Shown here in pieces: positions 52,111 through 61,052 of a DNA stretch of 62,881 bases. The notes beneath the pieces were generated by a model. That model did no database searches. It was not told where the DNA came from and was given only the letters and a program-made list of their open reading frames with translations. Made by a program: the position numbers and the translations under genes. Position 1 is the first letter of the stretch, and every line of letters starts with the position of its first letter. Origin of the DNA: Thainema sp. (lineage in GTDB: Bacteria > Cyanobacteriota > Cyanobacteriia > Phormidesmidales > Phormidesmidaceae); NCBI GenBank assembly GCA_052168235.1, contig JBQLZK010000044.1:1-62881 (forward strand), in the 5' to 3' direction.

Positions 52111-53115
52111 ATGCAGAAGTATAATTTTTATGGTCCAACTTTTGGGACTATTGATAGAGTCAATGGATTGTTTGTCAAACCTGAAAACACCTTGGTCATC
52201 AACGGTTTTTGGCGAAGTGGTACAACTTGGTTGCAGGAATGTATAGCAGAAGCATTACAGGCAAAAAGCATATTTGAGCCTTTTCAAGCACGTGCCAAAT
52301 ATATTTTCAAATGCCTGCCGGAAATCTCTCCTTCACGTCGAGATTATGCATTTCACAATGGTCTAATGCCCTATGCGGCAGAGGCTTTGGAGCCAGACAC
52401 TCAACTATTTCATCTAATCAATCAGGCACAACGAGGACAGCTTACGCAGAAATTTGTATTACGCAATCAAAAACTGAATCTTGAACGCTGTCTCAATCAA
52501 CAAGTAGTTGTTAAATATACGCGCGGTGCTCTAATTTTAAGAGCGATCGCAAATACCTTTTCTTGCCCAGTCATCCATGTCTACCGCGATCCTAGGGCTG
52601 TCATTGCGTCGATTAAGAAATCTAAGCCAAACTGGGGAGAAGGAGCATTTAACAATTTTTCTTTGTCCTCGCATCTCCTAGAGATTGATGACGGTCGTTA
52701 TGATTACTTTAGTCAATGGAAAGATGAAATCAGCGATATAGAGAAAACAAATGACTATGGCAGAATCGCTGCTTATTATTGTCTGACGGAACGCTATCTT
52801 GCTGATAGTTTCGCCAATGGACATCAGAACCAGTTTGCATTGATCAGATATGAAGATTTGATTGAGACTGGCTTGCCAATGTTACTCGACACGTTACATC
52901 AGCTTGACATTCAAGTACAAAATCCCCATATCAAGGCGTTTGTCAAACCGTCATCGACTCAGTATGCAAATAAGCAGACCCATCTAACTCGGGCAGATCG
53001 TTTATCTCGTTGGCGCACCCGATTGAGTCAGGATGAAGCTCACATCATTGAATCCGTGGTCACGACGTTTGGGATGCAAAGCTATCTTGCATCTGAGCAA
53101 GTGAAAAGCAGTTGA
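52111..53115 (+). CDS. Sulfotransferase family protein
   Basis: 5'-PSB motif INGFWRSGTTWL, 3'-PB motif HVYRDPRAVIAS, and IRYEDL. Confidence 0.85.
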   Translation: MQKYNFYGPTFGTIDRVNGLFVKPENTLVINGFWRSGTTWLQECIAEALQAKSIFEPFQARAKYIFKCLPEISPSRRDYAFHNGLMPYAAEALEPDTQLFHLINQAQRGQLTQKFVLRNQKLNLERCLNQQVVVKYTRGALILRAIANTFSCPVIHVYRDPRAVIASIKKSKPNWGEGAFNNFSLSSHLLEIDDGRYDYFSQWKDEISDIEKTNDYGRIAAYYCLTERYLADSFANGHQNQFALIRYEDLIETGLPMLLDTLHQLDIQVQNPHIKAFVKPSSTQYANKQTHLTRADRLSRWRTRLSQDEAHIIESVVTTFGMQSYLASEQVKSS

Positions 53116-53208
53116 GTCACTCCCTTAAACGTTAAACGGCCCCGAACGCTTCCCAGTCTTTCGGATCACATTCCGCTTGGCTTAAGCCCTAATTCGAAAT
53201 TCGTAGTC

Positions 53209-53254
53209 GAAGAGAGAGGCGTGGATTGCGATCGCAATCCACGCCTCTCTCTTC
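53209..53254. repeat. Perfect 46-bp palindrome centred on a HIP1 site
   Basis: GAAGAGAGAGGCGTGGATTGCGA|TCGCAATCCACGCCTCTCTCTTC, with no spacer. Confidence 0.9.
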
Positions 53255-53641
53255 AAGATCTCCTACATGTGCGCGTTTCTAAAAACAGGTGATGCCACCT
53301 CTCAAGCAAGCACAAGAGGCCTGTGCAGATCGTTTTGCGGCTCTATCCTTGAACCCGAAACTGCACCTATGGAGTAATTTCCCTCGGCAACAAAGTTAAT
53401 CCCTCTGCGTCAATCATTTGGTCAGCATCTGTCAAGCTGTGTCAGCATCGTCTATAAAACGACTACAGATTTAACAGGGTCAATTTATGATCTTCCCTAA
53501 CTCTGCTATCAGGATTAGCTAAAATTGATAAAGTGTTTAGCAACCTGAAATAATTCAGCGCTATTTCCAGGCAGACCACTGCCTGTAGTACTTAAATCAA
53601 CGTAAACCGCAGTCATTATTGATTGTAAGGATTAAGCCGAC

Positions 53642-54280
53642 ATGAGTCGTCCAGACACTCCTCACTCCGATTTACCTGAGAATCTAACGCCTATGCCGCA
53701 AGAGGAAGACAAATCTATTGCTCAATCTACCAAGAAACCTCGTGTGGAGCATGAGGAAAATCCTTGGTTGGAGATTGTCAAAACGATTGGCCTTGCGGCT
53801 GTGATGGCAATTGGGATTCGCAGCTTCGTGGCGGAGGCTCGCTATATTCCATCTGGTTCAATGGAGCCAACCTTACAAATTAACGACCGTCTGTTCATCG
53901 AAAAAATTTCGTATCGCTTTAATCCACCCGAACGCGGCGACATCATCGTTTTTCGTCCAACAGATACTCTGAAGCAGGAAAATCCAGAACTTAAAGATGC
54001 CTTCATTAAGCGTGTAATCGGCACACCAGGCGACGTGGTTGAAGTTCGGAACGAAAAGGTCTTCATTAACGGTGAAGTGATCGAGGAAGACTATATTGCG
54101 GCTCCCCCGGAATATGAATGGGGGCCAGAAGAAGTCCCCGAAGATTCCTATCTTGTCTTGGGTGACAACCGCAACAACAGCTACGACAGCCACTATTGGG
54201 GCTTTGTCCCTCGCGAAAACATCATTGGTCGCGCTGCCGTCCGGTTCTGGCCGCCCGAGCGGATTGGTGAGGTTGATTAG
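53642..54280 (+). CDS. lepB: Signal peptidase I
   Basis: [17 protein letters not shown] and [14 protein letters not shown]. Confidence 0.95.
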   Translation: MSRPDTPHSDLPENLTPMPQEEDKSIAQSTKKPRVEHEENPWLEIVKTIGLAAVMAIGIRSFVAEARYIPSGSMEPTLQINDRLFIEKISYRFNPPERGDIIVFRPTDTLKQENPELKDAFIKRVIGTPGDVVEVRNEKVFINGEVIEEDYIAAPPEYEWGPEEVPEDSYLVLGDNRNNSYDSHYWGFVPRENIIGRAAVRFWPPERIGEVD

Positions 54281-54304
54281 TAGATTTCTTGGTTGGATGT
54301 CTTG

Positions 54305-54350
54305 AATAAAGTAAGGGCTAGCAGGTACACCTGCTAGCCCTTACTTTATT
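54305..54350. terminator. 22-bp hairpin, likely bidirectional terminator between lepB and riboflavin synthase
   Basis: AATAAAGTAAGGGCTAGCAGGT-AC-ACCTGCTAGCCCTTACTTTATT. Confidence 0.7.
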
Positions 54351-54442
54351 TGAATAGGTCGGCTAAAATCTGGGATTCATCTCGCTTGCTGCTGCGATCG
54401 CAAACTTCATCAACCACCAACCAACTATGAGCCATTCTGTAC

Positions 54443-55159
54443 TTAATGATAGCCATGCTCAGCTAAGAAATCGGGGGTAAGCCAGCCGGGGAGGTCACTT
54501 GTTTCGGAACCGTTATGACTAATAGCGGGGGCGGCAGAAGCTGTTTGACCCTGCATTCCTGGGCGCAGCACAAACTTCTCAACGTATTTCCCTAGCACAT
54601 CCCCTTCCAAATTCACGGGGCTACCGGGCTGGAGATACTGCAAATTGGTTTCTGCGTAGGTAACTGGAATGACCGCAACCATAAACCAGTCGCCCGTTTC
54701 GCTACAGTCCGCCACCGTTAAGCTAATGCCGTTTACCGCCACGCTGCCTTTAGAAACGATATAGCGAGCCATCTTGGCATCAGCAACTTTGAAGCTAATT
54801 TCCCAAGCATTGGCAGTCTGTACGGCTGCATCGAGATAGCCGCGTCCGTCTACGTGTCCAGTGACAAAATGGCCGCCGATTTTGCTGCCGACGCGCAGCG
54901 ATGTTTCGACATTGACCAGGCTACCCGGCTGTAGATCACCCAGAGTAGAGCGCCGCAGCGTTTCCGGAGAGGCCGCGGCCACAAACCCCTGGGGTAAAAT
55001 TTCGGCCACGGTCAAGCAGACGCCATCGACCGCAATGCTGTCACCTAGTTCCATACCCACTAAAATGCGATCGCGATTAGCACCCGTGCAGAGAATTTTG
55101 AGCTGATCATCGCGGATTCGATAGATGGAACCCAATGTTTGAATCAGGCCAGTAAACAA
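54443..55159 (-). CDS. ribE: Riboflavin synthase (alpha chain)
   Basis: MFTGLI N-terminus (TTG start), GDSIAVDGVCLTV, GGHFVTGHVD and KGSVAVNGISLTV. Confidence 0.93.
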   Translation of the reverse strand: MFTGLIQTLGSIYRIRDDQLKILCTGANRDRILVGMELGDSIAVDGVCLTVAEILPQGFVAAASPETLRRSTLGDLQPGSLVNVETSLRVGSKIGGHFVTGHVDGRGYLDAAVQTANAWEISFKVADAKMARYIVSKGSVAVNGISLTVADCSETGDWFMVAVIPVTYAETNLQYLQPGSPVNLEGDVLGKYVEKFVLRPGMQGQTASAAPAISHNGSETSDLPGWLTPDFLAEHGYH

Positions 55160-55243
55160 AGCAGCGGCTCTCCTTGAGGTGAACGATGAGACAACTTCAA
55201 ATCAATACAAAACAATGTAATGCAATTGATGTAGATCCGATTT

Positions 55244-55310
55244 TAGGGGCGGGTTTCGCTGCTCAATGTTAATTTCCAAGTCGCAATTTAACGACCAAAC
55301 CCGCCCCTAC
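55244..55310. repeat. REP-like inverted repeat
   Basis: TAGGGGCGGGTTT...AAACCCGCCCCTAC. Confidence 0.65.
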
Positions 55311-55440
55311 AGGGTTTTCATGCATTGCCTTCACAGTCTATCATTCGGTTTTTTGCTGCGCGAGATTTGGTTGTCAAACTCTCCAAATCACAAAAGGCAC
55401 GCAGCGCGTGCCCTTTGCGATTAATTATTGAAGGTGTGAC

Positions 55441-55929
55441 CTATACCGCAGCACCAGACTTGGGTTCAGCGCCCATTGGTAGAACAGCATTCCGTAGGAT
55501 GGTGATTTGCAATTCGAAGTCCATCGTTTCAAGAGCGGCGAGCAGTTCTTGACCTTGGTCAGAGAACTCATAGTCGTCAGGCATGGGGATAATTGTGCCT
55601 TCATCCATACCCTGAGCCAAGAAATACCAGAAGGCCAATTTTGTATCCGGGCCTAAAGAGCCATACTCGCGGCTGATCTGACTGCTCTGATCTTTCCGGG
55701 CAATCTGGCGCATGGTTTCAAGCTGCTCGGGGTGAGACTGCTGCTTCACTTGCTCCAGCAGACCACCTGCGATTTCAGGAGAGGCGGAGCCAGGTGCGGC
55801 AGGGGTGATCCGGTCGCCCATCTCTTCATAGACGTACCACAAGAACGCAAGCTGATCATCGACACCAAGCTGCTTGAATACCTGAATGGCAGCGTCAGGA
55901 TTATTGATTGATTTAGTATAGGTTGTCAT
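55441..55929 (-). CDS. Helical carotenoid protein (orange carotenoid protein N-terminal domain only)
   Basis: VDDQLAFLWYVY..MG..ITPAAPG, ISREYGSL..DTKLAFWY.LAQGM and QITILRNAV..MG. ATG at 55929. Confidence 0.9.
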   Translation of the reverse strand: MTTYTKSINNPDAAIQVFKQLGVDDQLAFLWYVYEEMGDRITPAAPGSASPEIAGGLLEQVKQQSHPEQLETMRQIARKDQSSQISREYGSLGPDTKLAFWYFLAQGMDEGTIIPMPDDYEFSDQGQELLAALETMDFELQITILRNAVLPMGAEPKSGAAV

Positions 55930-56281
55930 AAAGACTCCTTTTAAGTGCTGCAATAGTAAGCAAGTTGACTTGGGGGATAAGGCTTTAGCTTTGCCTGTGA
56001 ACCAGCAAATATCTGCTTACCATCTATGCTTAACTTAATTTAACAATCCGGTTGATCCCATCCATCAATGGCTGGAATCTGCCTGATTGCAACTCATGTC
56101 AAAAGGACTATGTTACTTCCTGCTAAGGCAGCTATCGCTGGTAGAGCAAGGAAATAAGGAGAGAAGGGACAAGGGCGTAAATTTAAGGTGCTTATCAATG
56201 TCCATTAACGATTGCAGCGCTCAATTCGTGGATGGCACTTGTCACAGGATCGGAATTTTTATGCACCAATAACACCAAGTA

Positions 56282-56412
56282 AATCTCGCGGGGCGCTCAA
56301 ATTCCTATCCCCGCCGCAAGCGGACGGGGCATTACGGAATTTGCCCTTCGGGGCGCACTCCCGCGTCACCACTAACGTGGCAAGCCACGGGGAATTGACC
56401 CACCAAGAGATT
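56282..56412. mobile_element. Highly structured 130-bp element, possibly a non-autonomous IS200/IS605-related remnant
   Basis: Nested stems AAATTCC/GGAATTT, CCCCG/CGGGG, CCGC-AA-GCGG, GCCC-TTCG-GGGC and CGTGGC-AA-GCCACG; AATCTC/GAGATT ends. Confidence 0.4.
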
Positions 56413-56426
56413 AAAAAGAGCTATCT

Positions 56427-57107
56427 ATGTCGCAAACTGTAGAACCGCGTCAGTCTATTCCGATTGCGCCAGACTTCTTCTGTGATGGGCATTACTATGT
56501 CCTAACCTCAAGCAGTTTAGGCGGCAGTGGCTTAGAACCCTCTGCGATCGCAGATGCATTGGGTTACGGAAATGAAGCAGCCATTACCGAATTTTTGCAG
56601 CAAGGAATATGCATCCCGGTCTGTTTTGATGGTGACTGCGCCCTTGATGGAGAAACGCTCTTTGCCCTTGGCGACCTAACCGAGCAAGAAGAAAATGACT
56701 GGATCGGGCGACTGGCTGGCCAATTAAATATTCCCTGTGGCAAGCTGGTGATTCTTTGTGGGGGTGGTGATGCAGAGGAGCTAGCCTACGCCATTTCGGG
56801 TCAGCCACCCAAACCGCACTACCGGATTTTTCAGGTGATCGATGTTCCTCCTGGAGCATACTTGGTTGAGATTTATGCTTATCTTTCCAGCATGACCGTC
56901 CAGCAATCGTTGGAGGAGTATGACGAAAACTGGAACTGTTATGAAAATGAGCCACTCAAGCAGTGGTATCAGTTAAATCGGCCTGGGACAACAGGTACAA
57001 GCTACATCATTCGACTCTCACCCCTCACCACGGCACCACCGTTACCGGAACGGGTGCCAGACATTGGCTGGTGCGGTGAGTTTGAATTTCGCAAACCAGA
57101 GCTTTGA
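56427..57107 (+). CDS. Hypothetical protein
   Basis: 226 aa acidic, Cys-containing ORF filling the gap between HCP and ggpP. No recognised motif. Confidence 0.7.
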   Translation: MSQTVEPRQSIPIAPDFFCDGHYYVLTSSSLGGSGLEPSAIADALGYGNEAAITEFLQQGICIPVCFDGDCALDGETLFALGDLTEQEENDWIGRLAGQLNIPCGKLVILCGGGDAEELAYAISGQPPKPHYRIFQVIDVPPGAYLVEIYAYLSSMTVQQSLEEYDENWNCYENEPLKQWYQLNRPGTTGTSYIIRLSPLTTAPPLPERVPDIGWCGEFEFRKPEL

Positions 57108-57112
57108 TTCAA

Positions 57113-57200
57113 TATCAAGTCCGCATATTATAAGAACCCAATTTATTTTTGAGCAACGCTTGCGGAGCAAGCGTTGCTCAAAAATAAATCACGGGTTTTC
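57113..57200. mobile_element. MITE-like element (TATCAAGTCC-end family) with a 23-bp perfect hairpin
   Basis: TATCAAGTCCGCATATTATAAGAACCCAATT end; arms 57141-57163 and 57167-57189, loop GGA. Confidence 0.6.
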
Positions 57201-57217
57201 AAAGCGTCAATACCCCT

Positions 57218-58498
57218 TTATGTGCGCTGAGCAGCCGCTTTTTGGAACAGCCCCGTGTACTCTTGATAGCCGCCGGGGAAGACAATGCTGAGGCTGAGCG
57301 GATCGTCTACGTCGCGGGCGTCGCCGGGGCCTTCCAGGACTTTAGGTGGTTCAGAGCTGTGGTCAATTGGCAACCTCTTGCGGTTTTTGACCTCGCCGCC
57401 GCTGCTGTCTACGTAGGTGACAATATTGCCGATATCGAGAGCGAGGCCGATGTCTTGGATGAGCTGGAGGAAGTTGCGATCGCTGCCGCCGCGCCGAAAT
57501 TCTAAGCTGCCATCTTCGAGCTCAACGCCTTTGCTGGTGACGGTGTCGCCTACGCCAATCATGACGGGCATGTGAGCCGGATCGAAACTGGATTTCACCA
57601 GTTCAATCAGCTCCGCGTGATCGGCTGGAGCCTGCCGCGCGTTGAAGTCTTCGCCCAGGGGATACTTCCCAGTGCGCTGGTAGTAGTAGCGATTTAGAAT
57701 AGCCGGAACGCCCGCTTCTTTGACCGCACCCCGCAGCATAAACTGAAAATCCGTCGTGCCAGAATCGTCGCCATTGCTGGGCCAGAGAATTTCCAACCCG
57801 TCTGCATCACGGCCCAAATTCGGCGCATAGTGGACAAAAAAGGATTCAGATAATCCCTTTGCTTCAGCTTCCTGTAGCAGTTGATCCATGAGCTGCTGCA
57901 TGTCGTATTGCAGCTTGGTGTATAAGTCCGGTGTATCCCGTAGCTGGTCGTAGAACGTGTTGAGATTGGCGGTCGGAGAAGCCTGATTGTCTAGAGCAGA
58001 GGCGTCGATGCAGGCTTGTAAGGTGCTGTCAGACAGGGGACAGGCATGGGTGGTAAAAAATTGATGAATGCGATCGCGAATCCGATCGGGCACAGCAGAG
58101 AGAAAATCTAGCTCGGCCTGACTGACACCGGGATAGTCCAAATTACCAAAGCGATCCTGCCATTGCACGCCACCTGCGGCTAGTCCCGGCAGATACCAGC
58201 CCTCTTGCTGAACGGTTTTGGCATCCCCCACGGCGCGTTCAATAATGCCATTTACGCCCCGTTGCCCAATATGTTCTCCATTGGTCAACACAAAAAAGTG
58301 GCCGTCAAACGCTCGCGTTGCCTGCACATAGTCTACGGCTACGACGCGAGTCAGGGGATCTTTCACCAATCCCATACAGACGCCATCTAAATCCTGAATG
58401 ATCAACAGATTGTCATGCTCAGTTAAAAGTTGCAGGAATTTGTCATGTCGCAGGGATAAGGGTGGTTCTTGCAGGAGGGGGTGAATCGTATAGGGCAT
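57218..58498 (-). CDS. stpA: Glucosylglycerol 3-phosphatase (StpA/GgpP)
   Basis: LLIIQDLDGVCMGLVKDPL, VLTNGEH, YLPGLAAGGVQWQ, IGVGDTVTS and RGGSDR. Confidence 0.92.
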   Translation of the reverse strand: MPYTIHPLLQEPPLSLRHDKFLQLLTEHDNLLIIQDLDGVCMGLVKDPLTRVVAVDYVQATRAFDGHFFVLTNGEHIGQRGVNGIIERAVGDAKTVQQEGWYLPGLAAGGVQWQDRFGNLDYPGVSQAELDFLSAVPDRIRDRIHQFFTTHACPLSDSTLQACIDASALDNQASPTANLNTFYDQLRDTPDLYTKLQYDMQQLMDQLLQEAEAKGLSESFFVHYAPNLGRDADGLEILWPSNGDDSGTTDFQFMLRGAVKEAGVPAILNRYYYQRTGKYPLGEDFNARQAPADHAELIELVKSSFDPAHMPVMIGVGDTVTSKGVELEDGSLEFRRGGSDRNFLQLIQDIGLALDIGNIVTYVDSSGGEVKNRKRLPIDHSSEPPKVLEGPGDARDVDDPLSLSIVFPGGYQEYTGLFQKAAAQRT

Positions 58499-58621
58499 CA
58501 CTATTTAAGAACTATCTGCTCCCGAAAAGTCTACCATCCGAGGGTTTTAAGAACGTTAAGTCAGAAGGTAGATCTCGCCTAACAACTTTCCTAACTGAAT
58601 TTAGAATCTTGTGTCAACGCA

Positions 58622-58653
58622 AGAAGGGGATGTGCAGATGCACATCCCCTTCT
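58622..58653 (-). terminator. Hairpin downstream of tmRNA
   Basis: AGAAGGGGATGTGCA-GA-TGCACATCCCCTTCT, 11 nt past the tmRNA 3' end. Confidence 0.6.
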
Positions 58654-58664
58654 CTCTGAAAATA

Positions 58665-59048
58665 TGGAGCTGACGGGAGTCGAACCCGTGTCCGCTCTGG
58701 GTAGTAACACATCATTCGTTCACAGGTTTAGCCTATCTAATCCTCAAGGCGGGAACCGTCACTTATCCCTGACGGTGGGATTCTCTAGTAAAGTCTTAAC
58801 CAGCTTGATGACCAGAGGCATCAAGCTAGAGCATCCGTTGGGGTTAAACCCATAGCCCTTAACGGAGTCAAGCTATAGGCGCTCGCAAAAGAGTTTTTTT
58901 ACGCGATAGCTAGAGCTTCGCGGCGAGCAAAAGGAACGATGTTGTTCGCATTTACGTTTGTTTTGAGCCTTGATTTACGAGAGTTGACTCACTCTCGACC
59001 TGCATCACAACGTGACTTTCACCAAAACGTCGAAACCGTTACAGCCCC
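58665..59048 (-). ncRNA. ssrA: Transfer-messenger RNA
   Basis: 5' end GGGGCTGTAACGGTTTCGAC; 3' end GGGTTCGACTCCCGTCAGCTCCA; tag reading frame ANNIVPFARREALAIA* at 58949-58899. Confidence 0.97.
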
Positions 59049-59372
59049 TCGTTTTGTAGCCTCGCTTTGTAGCTCGAACTATCGTTCCTGATATTTTTTG
59101 TCTTCTTAACCTCATTATAAGGTGGATAAAACCCACGCATCATCAGTCTAGAGGGTAGATAACCGACCATTCAGTAATGCCGCGTTTTATCACTAGATCA
59201 ATGCTAGCCTGCGATCGCAAAAATAAGTGTTCGGCAAACCGATTCTTAATGTTTTCAATCTAAGACCAGCCTGATTCAACATCTAGCTGTGGATCTCCAG
59301 CGGGATTCGCGAAAGCCATAGCTATGGTTTTCGCGAATCCGATTACTCGCGAATCCGAAACTATCAGGGGCA

Positions 59373-59558
59373 CTACTCGTCGGCGTCTTCTTTAACTTTG
59401 GGCACAATGTCAGGACGTTCCTTATCTTCCCAACCCACAGGGCGCTTCGAGTTGTACCACGCAATCGAACCCAGGACGACCGCTGCCACAAATCCAACCA
59501 CGTAAACGGCTGTAAACGAAAAGGGCAGACCCATATCTGCTGCAATCACAAAGCTCAT
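59373..59558 (-). CDS. psb35: Photosystem II assembly protein Psb35
   Basis: One TM helix (VYVVGFVAAVVLGSIAW) followed by YNSKRPVGWEDKERPD. Start uncertain. Confidence 0.8.
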   Translation of the reverse strand: MSFVIAADMGLPFSFTAVYVVGFVAAVVLGSIAWYNSKRPVGWEDKERPDIVPKVKEDADE

Positions 59559-59710
59559 GCCACACCTCACCAAGTAGACGAATTTTGCACATCGCGGATG
59601 CTATAGCTTGTGCAATAGATTTATTACCCACCTTAGAGGAAAACTGGCGGTTAGGGAACTCTGAGCTGCTTGTTAAAGAGAGAGAAGTGCGATCGCAACT
59701 TTAACTTGAG

Positions 59711-60904
59711 TTAGCTGGAGCTGGGTAAATAGCGCTGCAGCATGGTCTGCCAATCGGGTTCGCTCAGCTCTTGTAAAATCTGCTGATTTAGAGGTTCCCG
59801 CAACGGCGAATTATCCGGTAAAGCGAAGGTATACTGGCTGACTTGAATACCTGTGTCATCAATTCGAAGCCGCTGTTGAAAATCGTCTTGATTCAGAGTT
59901 TGGAGGGGAGCCGTGCTGTAAACAAAGGCATCAATCCGGTCTTCATTGACTGCGGTCAGTCCCGCTTCCGGAGTGGAAAATGTCTGAAACTGAATTTGCT
60001 CCTGTTCAAGATAGCTAGCCGCATTCGTATTGGCCATGCTGCCAACTTCCATAGTTTGCAGCTGCTGTACCCGGAGCGGCTGAATACCCTGATCGAGGAC
60101 TAAAACTGACGTAATCGAAGCCGTCAGGCTGGCCGTAATCCCCATCGCCACCAGCATCCATACCAGTGCCAGGATGCGACCTCCGACTGTCTTTGGCGCT
60201 TTGTCGCCGTAGCCAATCGTGGTCATCGTCACGCCAGCCCACCAAAAGCCGTCCCAAATACCTTTTCGCGGCGACTTATGGAACATATCTTCATTCGCAC
60301 CACGTTCAACGAACCAGCAAAGTAGGCCAACAATCATCAGAATTAAAGACAACCAGAGACAGATCCGCAAAAACTGAGGCGACAGTACAGATTTAACCAC
60401 GTTCCAGAACCGCTGTCGTCGCTGTGTCGCGATGCCCAAGGTGGCAGCAAAATAGCTCTGGGTAAAGTCTACCTGCTGCTCGCGGGAAGCCGTAGCGGTT
60501 GCAAGTGCCACATCCAGATTGCCGGATTCAAGCTGTGCGATCGCAGAATCAGGCTGAACTTCCTGCCACTCATAATCCAGATTCAGCTCATACGCCACCT
60601 CCCGCCAGAGCTGCACACCAATCCCGTCCCAATCGCTCTCACCGTCTGCACTGCCGGACTGTATCACCAGGGGAGGCACCGGACTAAGGCCAACGATCAG
60701 GGGTTGGTCGGTTGTTACCGCTGGGTTGGCCGATGGATTTTCCAATGGATTTTCGGATGCATCTGGAGATTGCGCAACTGCGAATGATCCGTACAGGGTA
60801 ATGATTAGGCACGCTAAAAATGCGCCAAATAGACGCAACCAGCGTTTTACTCTGCAAGGAACCGTCAGTTGTCTTTGCGATCGCATGAAATCAAAAATGC
60901 TCAA
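59711..60904 (-). CDS. GluR0-like ligand-gated potassium channel (split periplasmic binding domain plus K+ pore)
   Basis: S1-M1-P-M2-S2 layout; filter WWAGVTMTTIGYGDKAP; SREQQVDFTQSYF. Start may be ATG 60886. Confidence 0.85.
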   Translation of the reverse strand: MSIFDFMRSQRQLTVPCRVKRWLRLFGAFLACLIITLYGSFAVAQSPDASENPLENPSANPAVTTDQPLIVGLSPVPPLVIQSGSADGESDWDGIGVQLWREVAYELNLDYEWQEVQPDSAIAQLESGNLDVALATATASREQQVDFTQSYFAATLGIATQRRQRFWNVVKSVLSPQFLRICLWLSLILMIVGLLCWFVERGANEDMFHKSPRKGIWDGFWWAGVTMTTIGYGDKAPKTVGGRILALVWMLVAMGITASLTASITSVLVLDQGIQPLRVQQLQTMEVGSMANTNAASYLEQEQIQFQTFSTPEAGLTAVNEDRIDAFVYSTAPLQTLNQDDFQQRLRIDDTGIQVSQYTFALPDNSPLREPLNQQILQELSEPDWQTMLQRYLPSSS

Positions 60905-61052
60905 GGTACGGCTTCACTGTGCCGGATGGAGGCACAGGTCTTCCACTCCCTGAGGAGAGAAACAGCCTAATCCAAATGGACTAGCACTACAGCAGTTAAA
61001 GCGGTAGGGTGGGGGATCGCCCACCACCCGCAATTTCTAAATGATCTCGGAC

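Noticed and set aside
58400..58665. Genomic island integrated at the tmRNA 3' end
   Set aside because: No integrase and no duplicated tmRNA 3' fragment seen; ggpP follows directly.
58664..58855. 63-aa ORF MELTGVEPVS...
   Set aside because: It is the antisense reading of the tmRNA 3' end.
59303..59357. GGATTCGCGA...TCGCGAATCC palindrome after psb35 as a separate RNA gene
   Set aside because: Adequately explained as a 3' hairpin of the psb35 transcript; no promoter or further structure seen.
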